NCBI GenBank assembly: GCA_944364015.1
Contig: CALVVX010000001.1
Location: 6,357-70,356 of the forward strand
DNA length: 64,000 bases
Reading direction: 5' to 3'
DNA from: an uncultured Bacilli bacterium
GTDB taxonomy: Bacteria; Bacillota_I; Bacilli_A; RF39; UBA660
The position numbers and the translations under genes are program-made. The notes beneath the pieces were generated by a model, which ran no database searches, was not told where the DNA came from, and worked only from the letters and a program-made list of their open reading frames with translations. Positions 9,076-19,702 of the stretch are shown piece after piece; within the stretch, counting starts at the first letter, position 1; each line of letters starts with the position of its first letter.

Positions 9076-11610
9076 AGATTTCATTGATTCAGCCATATTA
9101 ATTTTTTCTAGTTTAAATCTCATAATAAAGTTAGCAATTAAAGCAAACAATATAGTAATTACTAAAGATAGAATATAACTTAAAGCACTAATTTTTATCT
9201 CAAAAGCCATCTGTTCTACTTGAACTTGAGCCATAACATATAAATGTAGTAATTTACCAAGAGCTAAACCAATTAAAGCTCCAATAATAGATAAAATAAT
9301 ATTTTCTCTTAAAACATAAGAAGCTGTTTCATTACTATGAAATCCTAATACTTTTACTGTAGCAATTTCTCTACTACGTTCAATAATATTAATATTAGTT
9401 AAATTATATAAAACAATAAAAGCTAAAGCACCGGCACTAAAAATAATTAAAGCAACAATATAATTAAGACTATACATAGAATCTTCTAAAATATCTTTTT
9501 GTTCATTAAGTAAACTAACATTATTAACACCATTAATGTTTCTTAAATCAGTAATAAATTTATTATCTAATTGATCATATTTTAAATAAGCATAGTTATC
9601 ATGATAATTAGATAGATAATTACTATTAATATAAATATAATGGTTTAAATAATTATTACAAATATCACTAATTACAAAAGTATAATCTTTATCTAAAATA
9701 TTTAAAGTAAGTTTATCATTGACTTTAATATCTAAAAGTTCTGCTAATTTAGAACTAATAACAGCATGATTATCAGTAGGATATTTAATAGTTTTATCAT
9801 CATTAAATAAACCAAAATAATCTTTAGCATCATCTTCATTACTAGCTATAATAGTAGCTTCTTTAACTTTATCATTATAGTGGATAGTTAAATCAGTTTG
9901 GTAAGCTAAAATGTATTTACTATCATTAGAAGTAATTAAACTATCAATATTATTAACAACATCAGAATTATTTTCAAACGAAATTGTAGCATTATATTTC
10001 ATAATATCATCAAATTGATAATCTAGAATATCAGAAACAGAATCTTTAACACCAAATCCAGTAACTAATAATGCAGTACAACCACCAATACCTAATAACA
10101 TCATAAACATTCTTTTTTTATATCTAAAAGTATTTCTAATAGTAACCTTACTTAAAAAAGATAAATGTTTCCAAAAGAAATCAATATATTCTAAAAATAT
10201 TCTCTTTCCTCCACTAGGAGCCTTTGGTCTAATTAAATAAGCAGGTCTTTCTCTTAATTCGTTATAACAAGAAAATAAAGTAATTAAACCAGATCCAATT
10301 GTTGCCACAATTAAACATAAAATATAACTAATAGGATTAAAATAATAAGCTAAATTTGCAAAACCATAAGTTATATCATATACTTCCCAAATAATTCTAG
10401 GAATAACACCAGTACCTATAAAAAAACCACAAATACAACCTAAAAATGAAGCTGAAACAACATATAAAATATATTTACTAGCTATCTTATTAGCACTATA
10501 ACCTAAAGATTTTAAAGTACCAATTTGAACTCTCTCATCATTAACCATTCTATTCATTGTAGTAATACAAACAAAAATAACTACTAAAATAAAGAATACA
10601 GGAAAGACATTAGCAATACTACTAACAATAGAAATATCATTTTTAAAACGAGATGCACCAACATTTTCCTCTAAAGTTAGAGTATAAGTATCAGGTTCTT
10701 CTAAATTATTAACCTCTTCTCTACTATCATTAATCTCTTTACTTGCATTATCTATTTCTTTTTTACTATCTTCTAGCATACTACTAGGAATACCAGAATT
10801 AATAGCCATATTATACTGATCAATAGCGCTATTTAATTTTTCTTGAGCTTCATTAATCTCATCAAGCGCTTCATTTTTAATATCATTAAATCTTAAATTA
10901 GCCCTTGTAGTTAATAAATTATCAACCTCATCTTTTAAACTATCAATCTTATTATCATAATCATTAGAAAAAATTAATAAATCTTTATCAACACTCAAAA
11001 CAATTTCATGATAAACTTCAGAATCAAAAGCATCTTTTAAAACATAAACAAAACCACTTAAATTGCCATCACCTACTGTAGTACTACCTCTTTCATAACT
11101 AATAAATCGAGGAGAATTTACTAATCCAACAATTTTATATTCCAAATTAGATAAACCATCAATAGAATCTACAACTTTAATAGTCTTACCAATATCACTA
11201 ACATCGAAATTAGCAGCATCAACCACGCATTCATTTTCATAAATAGGCATAGATCCTTCAATTAAATCGACTTTAGCTAAATCAGATAAAGAAATAATTT
11301 GATAAGCTTTGGTTTCTTCTAATTGCATTAAAGCATCTAATTTATAAACTCCACGAGCATTAGTAATACCATCAATATCTAAAAAAGAATTAACATCTTC
11401 ATCAGAAAAACCTAAAGTAGATACTAAAGAAAAATCATACATATCAAGTCTATCAAAATAATCATCTAAAGTTTTTTGCATAGAAGGTTCTGCATTATTA
11501 ATACCAGTAAAAAAACCAATACCTAAAGCTACAATAGCAAAAATAGCTAAATATCTACCAATAGAATTTTTAATGGAACGTAATAACATTAAAAAAGTAT
11601 ATTTATTCAT
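9067..11610 (-). CDS. ABC transporter permease, FtsX/MacB-type, with a large extracytoplasmic domain
   Basis: 847 aa with TM helix plus a long extracellular region containing a coiled-coil. Its 4-TM FtsX bundle is duplicated (two FtsX modules). The gene is adjacent to a MacB-type ATPase. Start moved to MNKYTFLML, 7 nt after the ATPase stop. Confidence 0.75.
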   Translation of the reverse strand: MNKYTFLMLLRSIKNSIGRYLAIFAIVALGIGFFTGINNAEPSMQKTLDDYFDRLDMYDFSLVSTLGFSDEDVNSFLDIDGITNARGVYKLDALMQLEETKAYQIISLSDLAKVDLIEGSMPIYENECVVDAANFDVSDIGKTIKVVDSIDGLSNLEYKIVGLVNSPRFISYERGSTTVGDGNLSGFVYVLKDAFDSEVYHEIVLSVDKDLLIFSNDYDNKIDSLKDEVDNLLTTRANLRFNDIKNEALDEINEAQEKLNSAIDQYNMAINSGIPSSMLEDSKKEIDNASKEINDSREEVNNLEEPDTYTLTLEENVGASRFKNDISIVSSIANVFPVFFILVVIFVCITTMNRMVNDERVQIGTLKSLGYSANKIASKYILYVVSASFLGCICGFFIGTGVIPRIIWEVYDITYGFANLAYYFNPISYILCLIVATIGSGLITLFSCYNELRERPAYLIRPKAPSGGKRIFLEYIDFFWKHLSFLSKVTIRNTFRYKKRMFMMLLGIGGCTALLVTGFGVKDSVSDILDYQFDDIMKYNATISFENNSDVVNNIDSLITSNDSKYILAYQTDLTIHYNDKVKEATIIASNEDDAKDYFGLFNDDKTIKYPTDNHAVISSKLAELLDIKVNDKLTLNILDKDYTFVISDICNNYLNHYIYINSNYLSNYHDNYAYLKYDQLDNKFITDLRNINGVNNVSLLNEQKDILEDSMYSLNYIVALIIFSAGALAFIVLYNLTNINIIERSREIATVKVLGFHSNETASYVLRENIILSIIGALIGLALGKLLHLYVMAQVQVEQMAFEIKISALSYILSLVITILFALIANFIMRFKLEKINMAESMKSVE

Positions 11611-11614
11611 AACA

Positions 11615-12319
11615 TCACCACTCAATATTTTCAACAGGAACAATGTTTTTATTAATCTCTATATTATCAATTTTACCACTTTTAACATGGATAATTCTAT
11701 CAGCCATTGGACAAATAGCTTTATTGTGGGTAATAACAATAATAGTCATTCCAGTTTTTCTACAAGTATCTTGTAAAAGTTTTAAAATAGCTTTTCCAGT
11801 TTTATAATCTAAAGCTCCAGTAGGTTCATCACATAATAATAATTTAGGATTTTTAGCTAAAGCTCTAGCAATAGCCACTCTTTGTTGCTCTCCTCCAGAT
11901 AATTGAGCAGGAAAATTCTTCTCTTTGTTTTTTAAACCAACTTGTTCTAAAACTTTTTTAGAATTAAGAGAATCTTTACATAATTGAGCGGCTATTTCTA
12001 CATTTTCTAAAGCAGTCAAATTAGGAATTAAATTATAAAATTGAAAAACAAAACCTACATCATGGCGTCTATAATTAGTAAGTTTTCTTTTATTATAAGA
12101 AGAAATATCGTCATTATCTACAAAAACTTTACCACTAGATAAAACATCCATTCCCCCTAATATATTAAGTAAAGTAGTCTTACCTGCACCAGATTCTCCT
12201 ACTATGATGCAAAATTCACCCTTATTAATAGAAAAACTTGCATTTTTAAGAGCTAAAGTTTTTACATCTCCTGTATCATATACCTTATCAACATTCTTAA
12301 AAACAATAAAATCTTTCAT
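11615..12319 (-). CDS. ABC transporter ATP-binding protein (MacB/LolD-like)
   Basis: Walker [10 protein letters not shown], signature [15 protein letters not shown], Walker [13 protein letters not shown]. Start moved to MKDFIVF (SD GGAGG). Confidence 0.85.
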   Translation of the reverse strand: MKDFIVFKNVDKVYDTGDVKTLALKNASFSINKGEFCIIVGESGAGKTTLLNILGGMDVLSSGKVFVDNDDISSYNKRKLTNYRRHDVGFVFQFYNLIPNLTALENVEIAAQLCKDSLNSKKVLEQVGLKNKEKNFPAQLSGGEQQRVAIARALAKNPKLLLCDEPTGALDYKTGKAILKLLQDTCRKTGMTIIVITHNKAICPMADRIIHVKSGKIDNIEINKNIVPVENIEW

Positions 12320-12429
12320 AAAACCTCCATTTGACATCTCTTATTACCTATGATATTATTATACCAATACTTTATTTAAAAAACAACCAAATACTATTAA
12401 ACCTTGTATAAAATGAAAGGAATGATACC

Positions 12430-13782
12430 ATGAATGATACAATTACAGCCATTTCAACAGCCCAAGGAGTTGGCGCTATTGCTATAATAAGAGTAAGTGG
12501 AGATTCAGCAATAGATATTGTAAATAAAATATTTAAAGGCAAAGATTTGACCAAACAAAAAACACACACTATCTGTTATGGACATATAGTAGACAAAAAC
12601 AAAGTAATAGACGAAGTATTAGTAAGTGTAATGAGAGCTCCTAAAACATTTACTAAAGAAGATGTTGTAGAAATAAATACGCATGGAGGAATTGCAACCA
12701 CTAATAAAGTATTAGAATTACTATTATTAAATGGAGCCCGATTAGCGGACGCAGGAGAATTTAGCAAAAGAGCATTTTTAAACGGAAGAATAGACTTAAT
12801 AGAAGCAGACGGTATCATGAATTTAATTGAAGCTAAAACACAAGTCGCAAGAGAATTATCAATAAACCAATTAAGTGGAAAAGTATCAAACTTAATTATA
12901 AACTTAAGAGACAAATTAGTTCAAATAATTGCTAATATAGAAGTAAACATTGATTATCCTGAATATGAAGATATAGAACAATTAACAAATAGTAAAATTA
13001 AAAATAATATAGAAACATATAAAAAACAATTAATACAAATAATAAAAGAAGCAGAAGATGGAAAAATAATTACAGAAGGAATAAAAGTAGCTATAATAGG
13101 TAGACCAAACGTAGGAAAAAGTAGCCTTTTAAACAACTTATTAGACGAAGATAAAGCAATAGTAACGGATATTGAAGGAACAACAAGAGACATAATAGAA
13201 GGAAATTTATCAATTTCTGGAGTACCTTTAACAATAATTGATACTGCGGGTATTAGAAAAACAGATAATGTAGTAGAAAAAATAGGAGTCGATAAAAGTA
13301 AAAAACAAATAGAAAAATCAGATTTAGTAATATATATGTTAAACAATAATGAAAAAATAGCCAAAGAAGATATAGAATTATATAATTTGATAAAAAATAA
13401 AAAACACATAGTAGTAATAAATAAAATAGATTTAGAAAAAAAACTAATACTACCAAAAGAAATAAAAAATCCAATAACTCTAAGTATATTAAATAATATG
13501 GGAGTAGACAAATTAAAAGAAAAAATAATAAATATGTTTAATTTAGAAAAACTATCTACAAGTGATCTTACTTATTTAAGTAGTGCAAGAAGCATTGCAT
13601 TATTAAAAAAATCTCTAAATTATATAGAAAATGCCATTGAAAATATCAATAATAATAGTCCTATTGATATAGTAGAAATAGAATTAAAAAATTCATGGGA
13701 AGCACTTGGAGAAATAATAGGACAAACCTATAGTGAAGAATTAATAGATGAACTATTTTCTAGATTTTGTTTAGGAAAATAA
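12430..13782 (+). CDS. mnmE: tRNA modification GTPase MnmE
   Basis: N-terminal THF-binding domain, G-domain (GRPNVGKSSLLN, DTAGIR) and C-terminal CLGK motif. Confidence 0.93.
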   Translation: MNDTITAISTAQGVGAIAIIRVSGDSAIDIVNKIFKGKDLTKQKTHTICYGHIVDKNKVIDEVLVSVMRAPKTFTKEDVVEINTHGGIATTNKVLELLLLNGARLADAGEFSKRAFLNGRIDLIEADGIMNLIEAKTQVARELSINQLSGKVSNLIINLRDKLVQIIANIEVNIDYPEYEDIEQLTNSKIKNNIETYKKQLIQIIKEAEDGKIITEGIKVAIIGRPNVGKSSLLNNLLDEDKAIVTDIEGTTRDIIEGNLSISGVPLTIIDTAGIRKTDNVVEKIGVDKSKKQIEKSDLVIYMLNNNEKIAKEDIELYNLIKNKKHIVVINKIDLEKKLILPKEIKNPITLSILNNMGVDKLKEKIINMFNLEKLSTSDLTYLSSARSIALLKKSLNYIENAIENINNNSPIDIVEIELKNSWEALGEIIGQTYSEELIDELFSRFCLGK

Positions 13783-13797
13783 GAAAGAAGTGAAAAA

Positions 13798-15630
13798 ATG
13801 AATAAATATGAAGTAATCGTAGTAGGAGGAGGACATGCTGGCGTAGAATCAGCATTAGCTACTGCTCGTCTAGGACATAAAACCCTCTTAATAACAGGAA
13901 GAATAGAAAACATTGCAACAATGCCATGTAATCCCTCAATCGGAGGTTCCTCAAAAGGAATAATAGTAAGAGAAATAGATGCCCTAGGAGGAGAAATGGG
14001 AATAAATGCAGATAAAACATTAATCCAAATGAAAATGTTAAACTCCTCAAAAGGACCTGCTGTAAGAAGCTTAAGGGCGCAAGCAGATAAAATAACTTAT
14101 CCAAAAGAAATGCAAAAAACTCTTAAAAATCAAGAAAATTTAGATATAAAAGAAGCAATGGTTGAAGATTTAATAATAGAAAATAAAAAAGTAAAAGGAA
14201 TAATTACAGATAAATTAGAAAAAATAGAATCTAAAATAGTTATTTTAACAACAGGAACTTATTTAAAATCAGACATCTTAATCGGAAGCAGTAGAACAAG
14301 AAGTGGACCACATGATGAAAAGCCTAGTTTACATTTATCAGATAAATTAAAAGAATATGGATTCAAAATACTACGTTTAAAAACAGGAACACCTCCAAGA
14401 ATAGCTAAAGATAGTATTGATTTTAGTAAAGCAAAAGTAGAAGAAGGAGATAAAAAAAGCTATACATTTTCGCATGATATAAAAGCAATATATGATATAA
14501 ATAATCAAGTTCCATGTCATCTAATATATACTACTTTAAAAACTCATGAAATAATATTAAATAACTTAAATAAATCTGCAATGTATGGTGGAATAGAAGA
14601 CATCATAGGAATTGGTCCTAGATATTGTCCTTCTATTGAAGACAAATTAGTAAAATTTAAAGATAAAGATAGACATCAACTATTTTTAGAACCAGAAAGT
14701 TTGTATTATGATGATATATATATCCAAGGATTTTCTACTAGTATGCCAAAAGATATCCAAGAGCAAATGGTAAAAAGTTTACCAGGATTAGAAAACGCTA
14801 AAATATTAAGATATGCCTATGCAATAGAATATGATGCAATATATCCAACACAAATAAATGCCTCACTAGAGACTAAAATAATAGAAAATTTATTTACCGC
14901 AGGACAAATAAATGGCACCAGTGGTTATGAAGAAGCTGCTGCTCAAGGATTAATCGCAGGAATAAATGCTTCATTAAAATTAAGAAACAAAGAACCATTA
15001 ATATTAAAAAGAAATGAAGCATATATTGGCGTTTTAATAGATGATTTAGTTACAAAGGGGACAAAAGAACCATATCGTATGTTAACTTCGCGAGCAGAAT
15101 ATCGATTACTATTACGCCATGATAATGCAGATTTAAGATTAAGAGAATATGGTTATAAAGTAGGATTAATTTCAGAAGAAAAATATCAAAAATTAATTCA
15201 AAAAAAAGAAGATATCAAAAAATTAATAAACGAAATAAAAACAAAGAAAATATCAATAACAAAAGATAATAAAAAAACAAGTCTAAGCATATATGAATAT
15301 TTAAAAACACCATCTACTTCTTTATTAGAAATATTAAAAGAAGATAAAAACTATTCACAAGAAGTAATAGAACAAGTAGAAATACAAGTTAAATACGAAG
15401 GTTACATAAAAAAAGTAGAAAGAGAAGCAGAAAAAATGCTAAAAAACGAATCAAAACAAATACCAAAAGACATAGATTACAATAAAGTAACAAATATAGC
15501 TACAGAAGCTCGTCAGAAATTAATTGAAGTAAAACCTAAAACAATTGGTCAAGCATTAAGAATAAGTGGTGTAAATCCATCAGATATATCAATATTAATG
15601 GTTTATTTAAGGAAGTATTATAATGAATAA
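13798..15630 (+). CDS. mnmG: tRNA uridine 5-carboxymethylaminomethyl modification enzyme MnmG (GidA)
   Basis: FAD-binding N-terminus VVGGGHAGVESALA. Length and synteny match. Confidence 0.95.
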   Translation: MNKYEVIVVGGGHAGVESALATARLGHKTLLITGRIENIATMPCNPSIGGSSKGIIVREIDALGGEMGINADKTLIQMKMLNSSKGPAVRSLRAQADKITYPKEMQKTLKNQENLDIKEAMVEDLIIENKKVKGIITDKLEKIESKIVILTTGTYLKSDILIGSSRTRSGPHDEKPSLHLSDKLKEYGFKILRLKTGTPPRIAKDSIDFSKAKVEEGDKKSYTFSHDIKAIYDINNQVPCHLIYTTLKTHEIILNNLNKSAMYGGIEDIIGIGPRYCPSIEDKLVKFKDKDRHQLFLEPESLYYDDIYIQGFSTSMPKDIQEQMVKSLPGLENAKILRYAYAIEYDAIYPTQINASLETKIIENLFTAGQINGTSGYEEAAAQGLIAGINASLKLRNKEPLILKRNEAYIGVLIDDLVTKGTKEPYRMLTSRAEYRLLLRHDNADLRLREYGYKVGLISEEKYQKLIQKKEDIKKLINEIKTKKISITKDNKKTSLSIYEYLKTPSTSLLEILKEDKNYSQEVIEQVEIQVKYEGYIKKVEREAEKMLKNESKQIPKDIDYNKVTNIATEARQKLIEVKPKTIGQALRISGVNPSDISILMVYLRKYYNE

Positions 15631-16324
15631 GAAAGAATTTATAACCAAAATAGAAGAATTAGGAATAAAACTAGATAACGAAAAAATAGAGCAATTAGAT
15701 TTATATATGAAATTATTACAAACAGAAAATAAAAAATATAATCTAACTGCAATAATTAAAAACGAAGATATATATTTAAAGCATTTTTATGATAGTCTTA
15801 CTATTTTTAAAATAGAAAAATTATCTAATCAAAAAATATGTGATTTAGGAACAGGAGCGGGTTTTCCTGGTTTGGTTTTAAAAATAGTTTTTCCTAATTT
15901 AGATGTAACCTTAATTGAGGCTACTAATAAAAAATGTGAGTTTTTAAAATTAGTTATAAATAAACTAAACTTAAAAAAAATTACAGTAATAAATACTCGT
16001 GCAGAAATTTATGCCAAAAACAACAGAGAAATATTTGATATAGTAACTGCTCGTGCAGTAGCAGCCTTAAAACATTTATTAGAATATGCTATTCCCTTAC
16101 TGAAAGTAAAAGGTTACTTTATACCACTAAAGAGTAATATTGATAATGAAACAATAAATATTGAAAATTATTATAAAAAGTTAAAAATAAGACAAGTAAA
16201 TAAAATAGAGTTTTTTTTACCTAAAGAATTAAGTAAAAGAACTTTAATAAAATATGAAAAATTAGAAAAGACAAATCTAATTTATCCTAGAAATTATAAT
16301 AAAATAAAAGAAAAAGATATATAA
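15623..16324 (+). CDS. rsmG: 16S rRNA (guanine527-N7)-methyltransferase RsmG (GidB)
   Basis: SAM-binding motif DLGTGAGFPG. Canonical position after mnmG. Confidence 0.85.
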   Translation: MNKKEFITKIEELGIKLDNEKIEQLDLYMKLLQTENKKYNLTAIIKNEDIYLKHFYDSLTIFKIEKLSNQKICDLGTGAGFPGLVLKIVFPNLDVTLIEATNKKCEFLKLVINKLNLKKITVINTRAEIYAKNNREIFDIVTARAVAALKHLLEYAIPLLKVKGYFIPLKSNIDNETINIENYYKKLKIRQVNKIEFFLPKELSKRTLIKYEKLEKTNLIYPRNYNKIKEKDI

Positions 16325-16364
16325 ATATAAAAAATATGTTATAATTTTACTATGGAGGATAAAA

Positions 16365-17240
16365 ATGTTAAAAAAGAATAAAAATAAGAAAATTATTATA
16401 CTTATTACAATAATATTAATTGTATTAATAATAGTTATTAGTATATTACTAAATATAAATAACACTAATAAAATTAAAAAATCGGCTATTTTATGGTATA
16501 ACGATCAAAACGGATTATATAATGAAACTACAATTGGAGCATTATATAAAAATGGATATATAAATAGCAATAAATCTTTATTTTTAAAACAAGATTTATC
16601 ATGTAAAATAATAAAAATAGAAAATAACAAAGCTATAATAACAAATGATGTTGATTGTAACTTAAATGATCAGATGCAAAAAATACCTACTTTAATAGTT
16701 AATTTATATAAAACTAGCGATAATTCAAAATATGATCCTAATACATGGACTTCTTCAGATATAGAAGTAAAATTAAGCTATAAAAACAATAATTTATTAG
16801 AAGAAGATATAAATCGTATTTATTTAACAAAAGATTATTCTGAAAACAAAGATGATAATAGCTTAATAATAAGTACTCAAAGTTTTATAGAAGACACTTA
16901 TACTATTAATGTAATGTTAAATGATGGTTCTATTTATAGTAAAGATTTTAGTATAAAAATAGATAAAACTAAACCTATATATATAGATAAAGAGATAACA
17001 AATGAAGATTATAAAGCTTATTTTGAAGATAATGAAAGTAATTTAGATGAAGTGTTATATTATTTAACAGATAATAATACACCTCCTACTAATATAGACC
17101 AATTTAATAAAAAAGAAAATATTTCTTTAGAATCAGATAAAACATATCAAGTCTGGGCAGTAGCCACAAATAATGCAAATTTATATTCTGATTTTATAGA
17201 AATAGGCAATTTTAGTCTTAAAACTTTTGAAGAAGAATAA
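16365..17240 (+). CDS. Membrane-anchored hypothetical protein, paralog of 19703..20554
   Basis: Signal-anchor N-terminus. It shares LYNETTIG.LY, TYTIN..L.DGSIY...F.I.ID.T.P.YI and FEDNES.....LYY..D..TPP.N..QF blocks with the other paralog. The C-terminal module (ID.TKP...D..S..D..LYY...NTP) is Ig-like and also recurs inside the pilin-like protein. Confidence 0.5.
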   Translation: MLKKNKNKKIIILITIILIVLIIVISILLNINNTNKIKKSAILWYNDQNGLYNETTIGALYKNGYINSNKSLFLKQDLSCKIIKIENNKAIITNDVDCNLNDQMQKIPTLIVNLYKTSDNSKYDPNTWTSSDIEVKLSYKNNNLLEEDINRIYLTKDYSENKDDNSLIISTQSFIEDTYTINVMLNDGSIYSKDFSIKIDKTKPIYIDKEITNEDYKAYFEDNESNLDEVLYYLTDNNTPPTNIDQFNKKENISLESDKTYQVWAVATNNANLYSDFIEIGNFSLKTFEEE

Positions 17241-17323
17241 AAAATATACTCTTAAAATACTCTTAAATAGAGTTTTTCTTTTATAAAAATTATGATATAA
17301 TAAAGAAAATAGGAGTGTGCAAT

Positions 17324-19690
17324 ATGAATAAAAAAGGATTTACACTAACAGAACTACTCGTGGCAATAGCAATATTAGCAATAGTAGTATCTTTAGGAAT
17401 CGGGGGTTATATATTGTATCAAAAACAAGCTAAAGAATATGCTTATGAAAGAAGTAAAGATTCTTTAATTTCTTCTGCTATATTATATTATCAAGAAAAA
17501 GAATTAAAACCAATTGCAAGTATAGATGATAAAAATTATTATTGTATAACAGTAAGAGATTTAATAAATTATGGTTATCATGATGAAAAAGAGATAAAAA
17601 ATGTCGATCGAATTACTCTTGATACATATATAAAAATAACAGAAAATATTAATACACAAGCTAGAGAAAAACAAGAATTAATATCAAATGATGTATTAGA
17701 TATATGTAATATTGCATCTCAAAAATTAATAGCTAATACTAAGGAAGTATATTCTAATAAAGTAATAAGTGAAATAGAAAAATTAAAATTTTATAATAAT
17801 TATACTTGTTATTATAAACAAGATAATAATGCTTATATAACTGGAGAATATATAGATGGTGATGAATATGGATATTGTCATTTTAATAATTTGGCTCCAA
17901 ATACTAATTATACATATAAAGCATGTGCTACTGCAGAGTTCAACTCAAAAGAATATGAAGCATGTTCTGATGAGATAAAGGTTACAACAAAATCAATTGA
18001 AACACCAAAAATAGAAGAATATTCATATTTTATATCAAATATAGAATACAAAATAAGTGATGGATATAATTTTAATACTTGGTCTAATGACAAAGTAATT
18101 AATTTAAAATATAATTATGAACAATTAAATCCTCAAACAACTTACATAATGTTTTACGTAGATACGTCTAATACTGTAAAAGTAACTAATACAAATATTT
18201 TAAAATGTAACAATAGTAGTTGTACAACAACATCAAATGTAGCTAAAAATACACTTCTACAAAGTGGTTGGTATGGATTAAAAATAGATGATAATAAAAC
18301 TAAAAGTTTGACACTTAGAATAAATAAATCTAATGTTAATATTCAAGCTAAAATATATGATGGTACTAATAATAGTCAAATAGTAAACTATAAATCAAGT
18401 AAAATAGATAATGTAAAACCAAATATAAGTAGTATAAGTCAAACAAATAACTATAATAGTAGTACTAAACAAAGCCAAATAAAAATAACTACATATGATG
18501 CTGATTCTGGTGTAGATAAAATATATATTAGTAAATCAAATAAAACTCCGACACTAAACTCAACAGGATGGACAACATTATCTAATACAACATATCAAAC
18601 ATATCTTGATATTGAGACAACTTATTATATGTGGGTTATGGATAAAGCTAAAAATATTTCAACTATAAAATCATACTATGTAACAAATCCTGATAAAGAA
18701 CCACCAGTAATAACAACTACAATACCATCATATTGGACTCAAAGTGGTAAAAATGTTCAAATAAAAATAACAGACAATGTAAGTTTAAAAAGTTACAAAG
18801 TATATAAATCAAATAATAGTAGTAATATAGTTGCAAGTAAAACGTATACATCTACTAAAACATCTGATACATTTAGTGTATATTTAGATAATAATAACTA
18901 TACAGTATATGCTTGTGATACTAGTAATAATTGTAGTAGCAAAAACATATCTAAATCATCATTATATATAGATAATACCCCTCCAAGTGTTGGAACTTAT
19001 AGATATAATGGTAGATGTAGTGGTGATAATTTATATTTTAATTACACAATAAGTCCAAAAGATACAGGCTCTGGATCAATATCAGTATATCAATATATAT
19101 CTACTAGTAGTTCCACACCATCTACTAATAGTAATCTTTGGGAATATTATAGTACTTATAATACACTACCATGTGGTAAGACATATTATCTACATATAAA
19201 ATTAGTAGATGCTGTAGGAAATGTAACTAGAACAAGATTAGACAGCAGAAAATGTAATTGTCCTGCGCCAGAACCAGTACAAGATTCAGATTGTAAAATA
19301 ATATGTATTATGAGAAAAGCAAGAGATAATTGGCATGGTGCAAGTAGTTCAGATAAAATTAAATGGCATGCGATTAACTCAATTTTAGCGGGAGACGTAA
19401 AATATCCATCACAAATGATTTATGTTGGAGGTAATGTTGGTTCATGGTACTATAAAGGAGAAGTAATTGAAACATGGTATAACAAAAATTGTAGTCCAAG
19501 CACAACCTGTGAAAATCCAACCTGGGAAAATTACAATAATAAAAGATATGCACAATATAATTTTAATACCAATGTAGCAAGTTGTTCTTTATACGATGAA
19601 CAATATCCAAGTGGAGAATGTAAAAATGGTGTATGTTACTGTTGTAAACGAGGAACTGGATGGTATGGTGGTACTTGCTATGATAAATAA
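17324..19690 (+). CDS. Large type IV pilin-like / pseudopilin-family protein (prepilin-type N-terminal cleavage/methylation domain), Cys-rich C-terminus
   Basis: The N-terminus MNKKGFTLTELLVAIAILAIVVSLG matches the class III (prepilin) signal G|FTLxE plus a hydrophobic helix. The 788-aa body is Ser/Thr/Asn-rich with Ig-like repeat modules. The last roughly 150 aa contain about 16 Cys. The track start at 17315 is a GTG; the ATG at 17324 has the SD AGGAG 8 nt upstream. Confidence 0.6.
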   Translation: MNKKGFTLTELLVAIAILAIVVSLGIGGYILYQKQAKEYAYERSKDSLISSAILYYQEKELKPIASIDDKNYYCITVRDLINYGYHDEKEIKNVDRITLDTYIKITENINTQAREKQELISNDVLDICNIASQKLIANTKEVYSNKVISEIEKLKFYNNYTCYYKQDNNAYITGEYIDGDEYGYCHFNNLAPNTNYTYKACATAEFNSKEYEACSDEIKVTTKSIETPKIEEYSYFISNIEYKISDGYNFNTWSNDKVINLKYNYEQLNPQTTYIMFYVDTSNTVKVTNTNILKCNNSSCTTTSNVAKNTLLQSGWYGLKIDDNKTKSLTLRINKSNVNIQAKIYDGTNNSQIVNYKSSKIDNVKPNISSISQTNNYNSSTKQSQIKITTYDADSGVDKIYISKSNKTPTLNSTGWTTLSNTTYQTYLDIETTYYMWVMDKAKNISTIKSYYVTNPDKEPPVITTTIPSYWTQSGKNVQIKITDNVSLKSYKVYKSNNSSNIVASKTYTSTKTSDTFSVYLDNNNYTVYACDTSNNCSSKNISKSSLYIDNTPPSVGTYRYNGRCSGDNLYFNYTISPKDTGSGSISVYQYISTSSSTPSTNSNLWEYYSTYNTLPCGKTYYLHIKLVDAVGNVTRTRLDSRKCNCPAPEPVQDSDCKIICIMRKARDNWHGASSSDKIKWHAINSILAGDVKYPSQMIYVGGNVGSWYYKGEVIETWYNKNCSPSTTCENPTWENYNNKRYAQYNFNTNVASCSLYDEQYPSGECKNGVCYCCKRGTGWYGGTCYDK

Positions 19691-19702
19691 TAAGGGTGTG
19701 AG

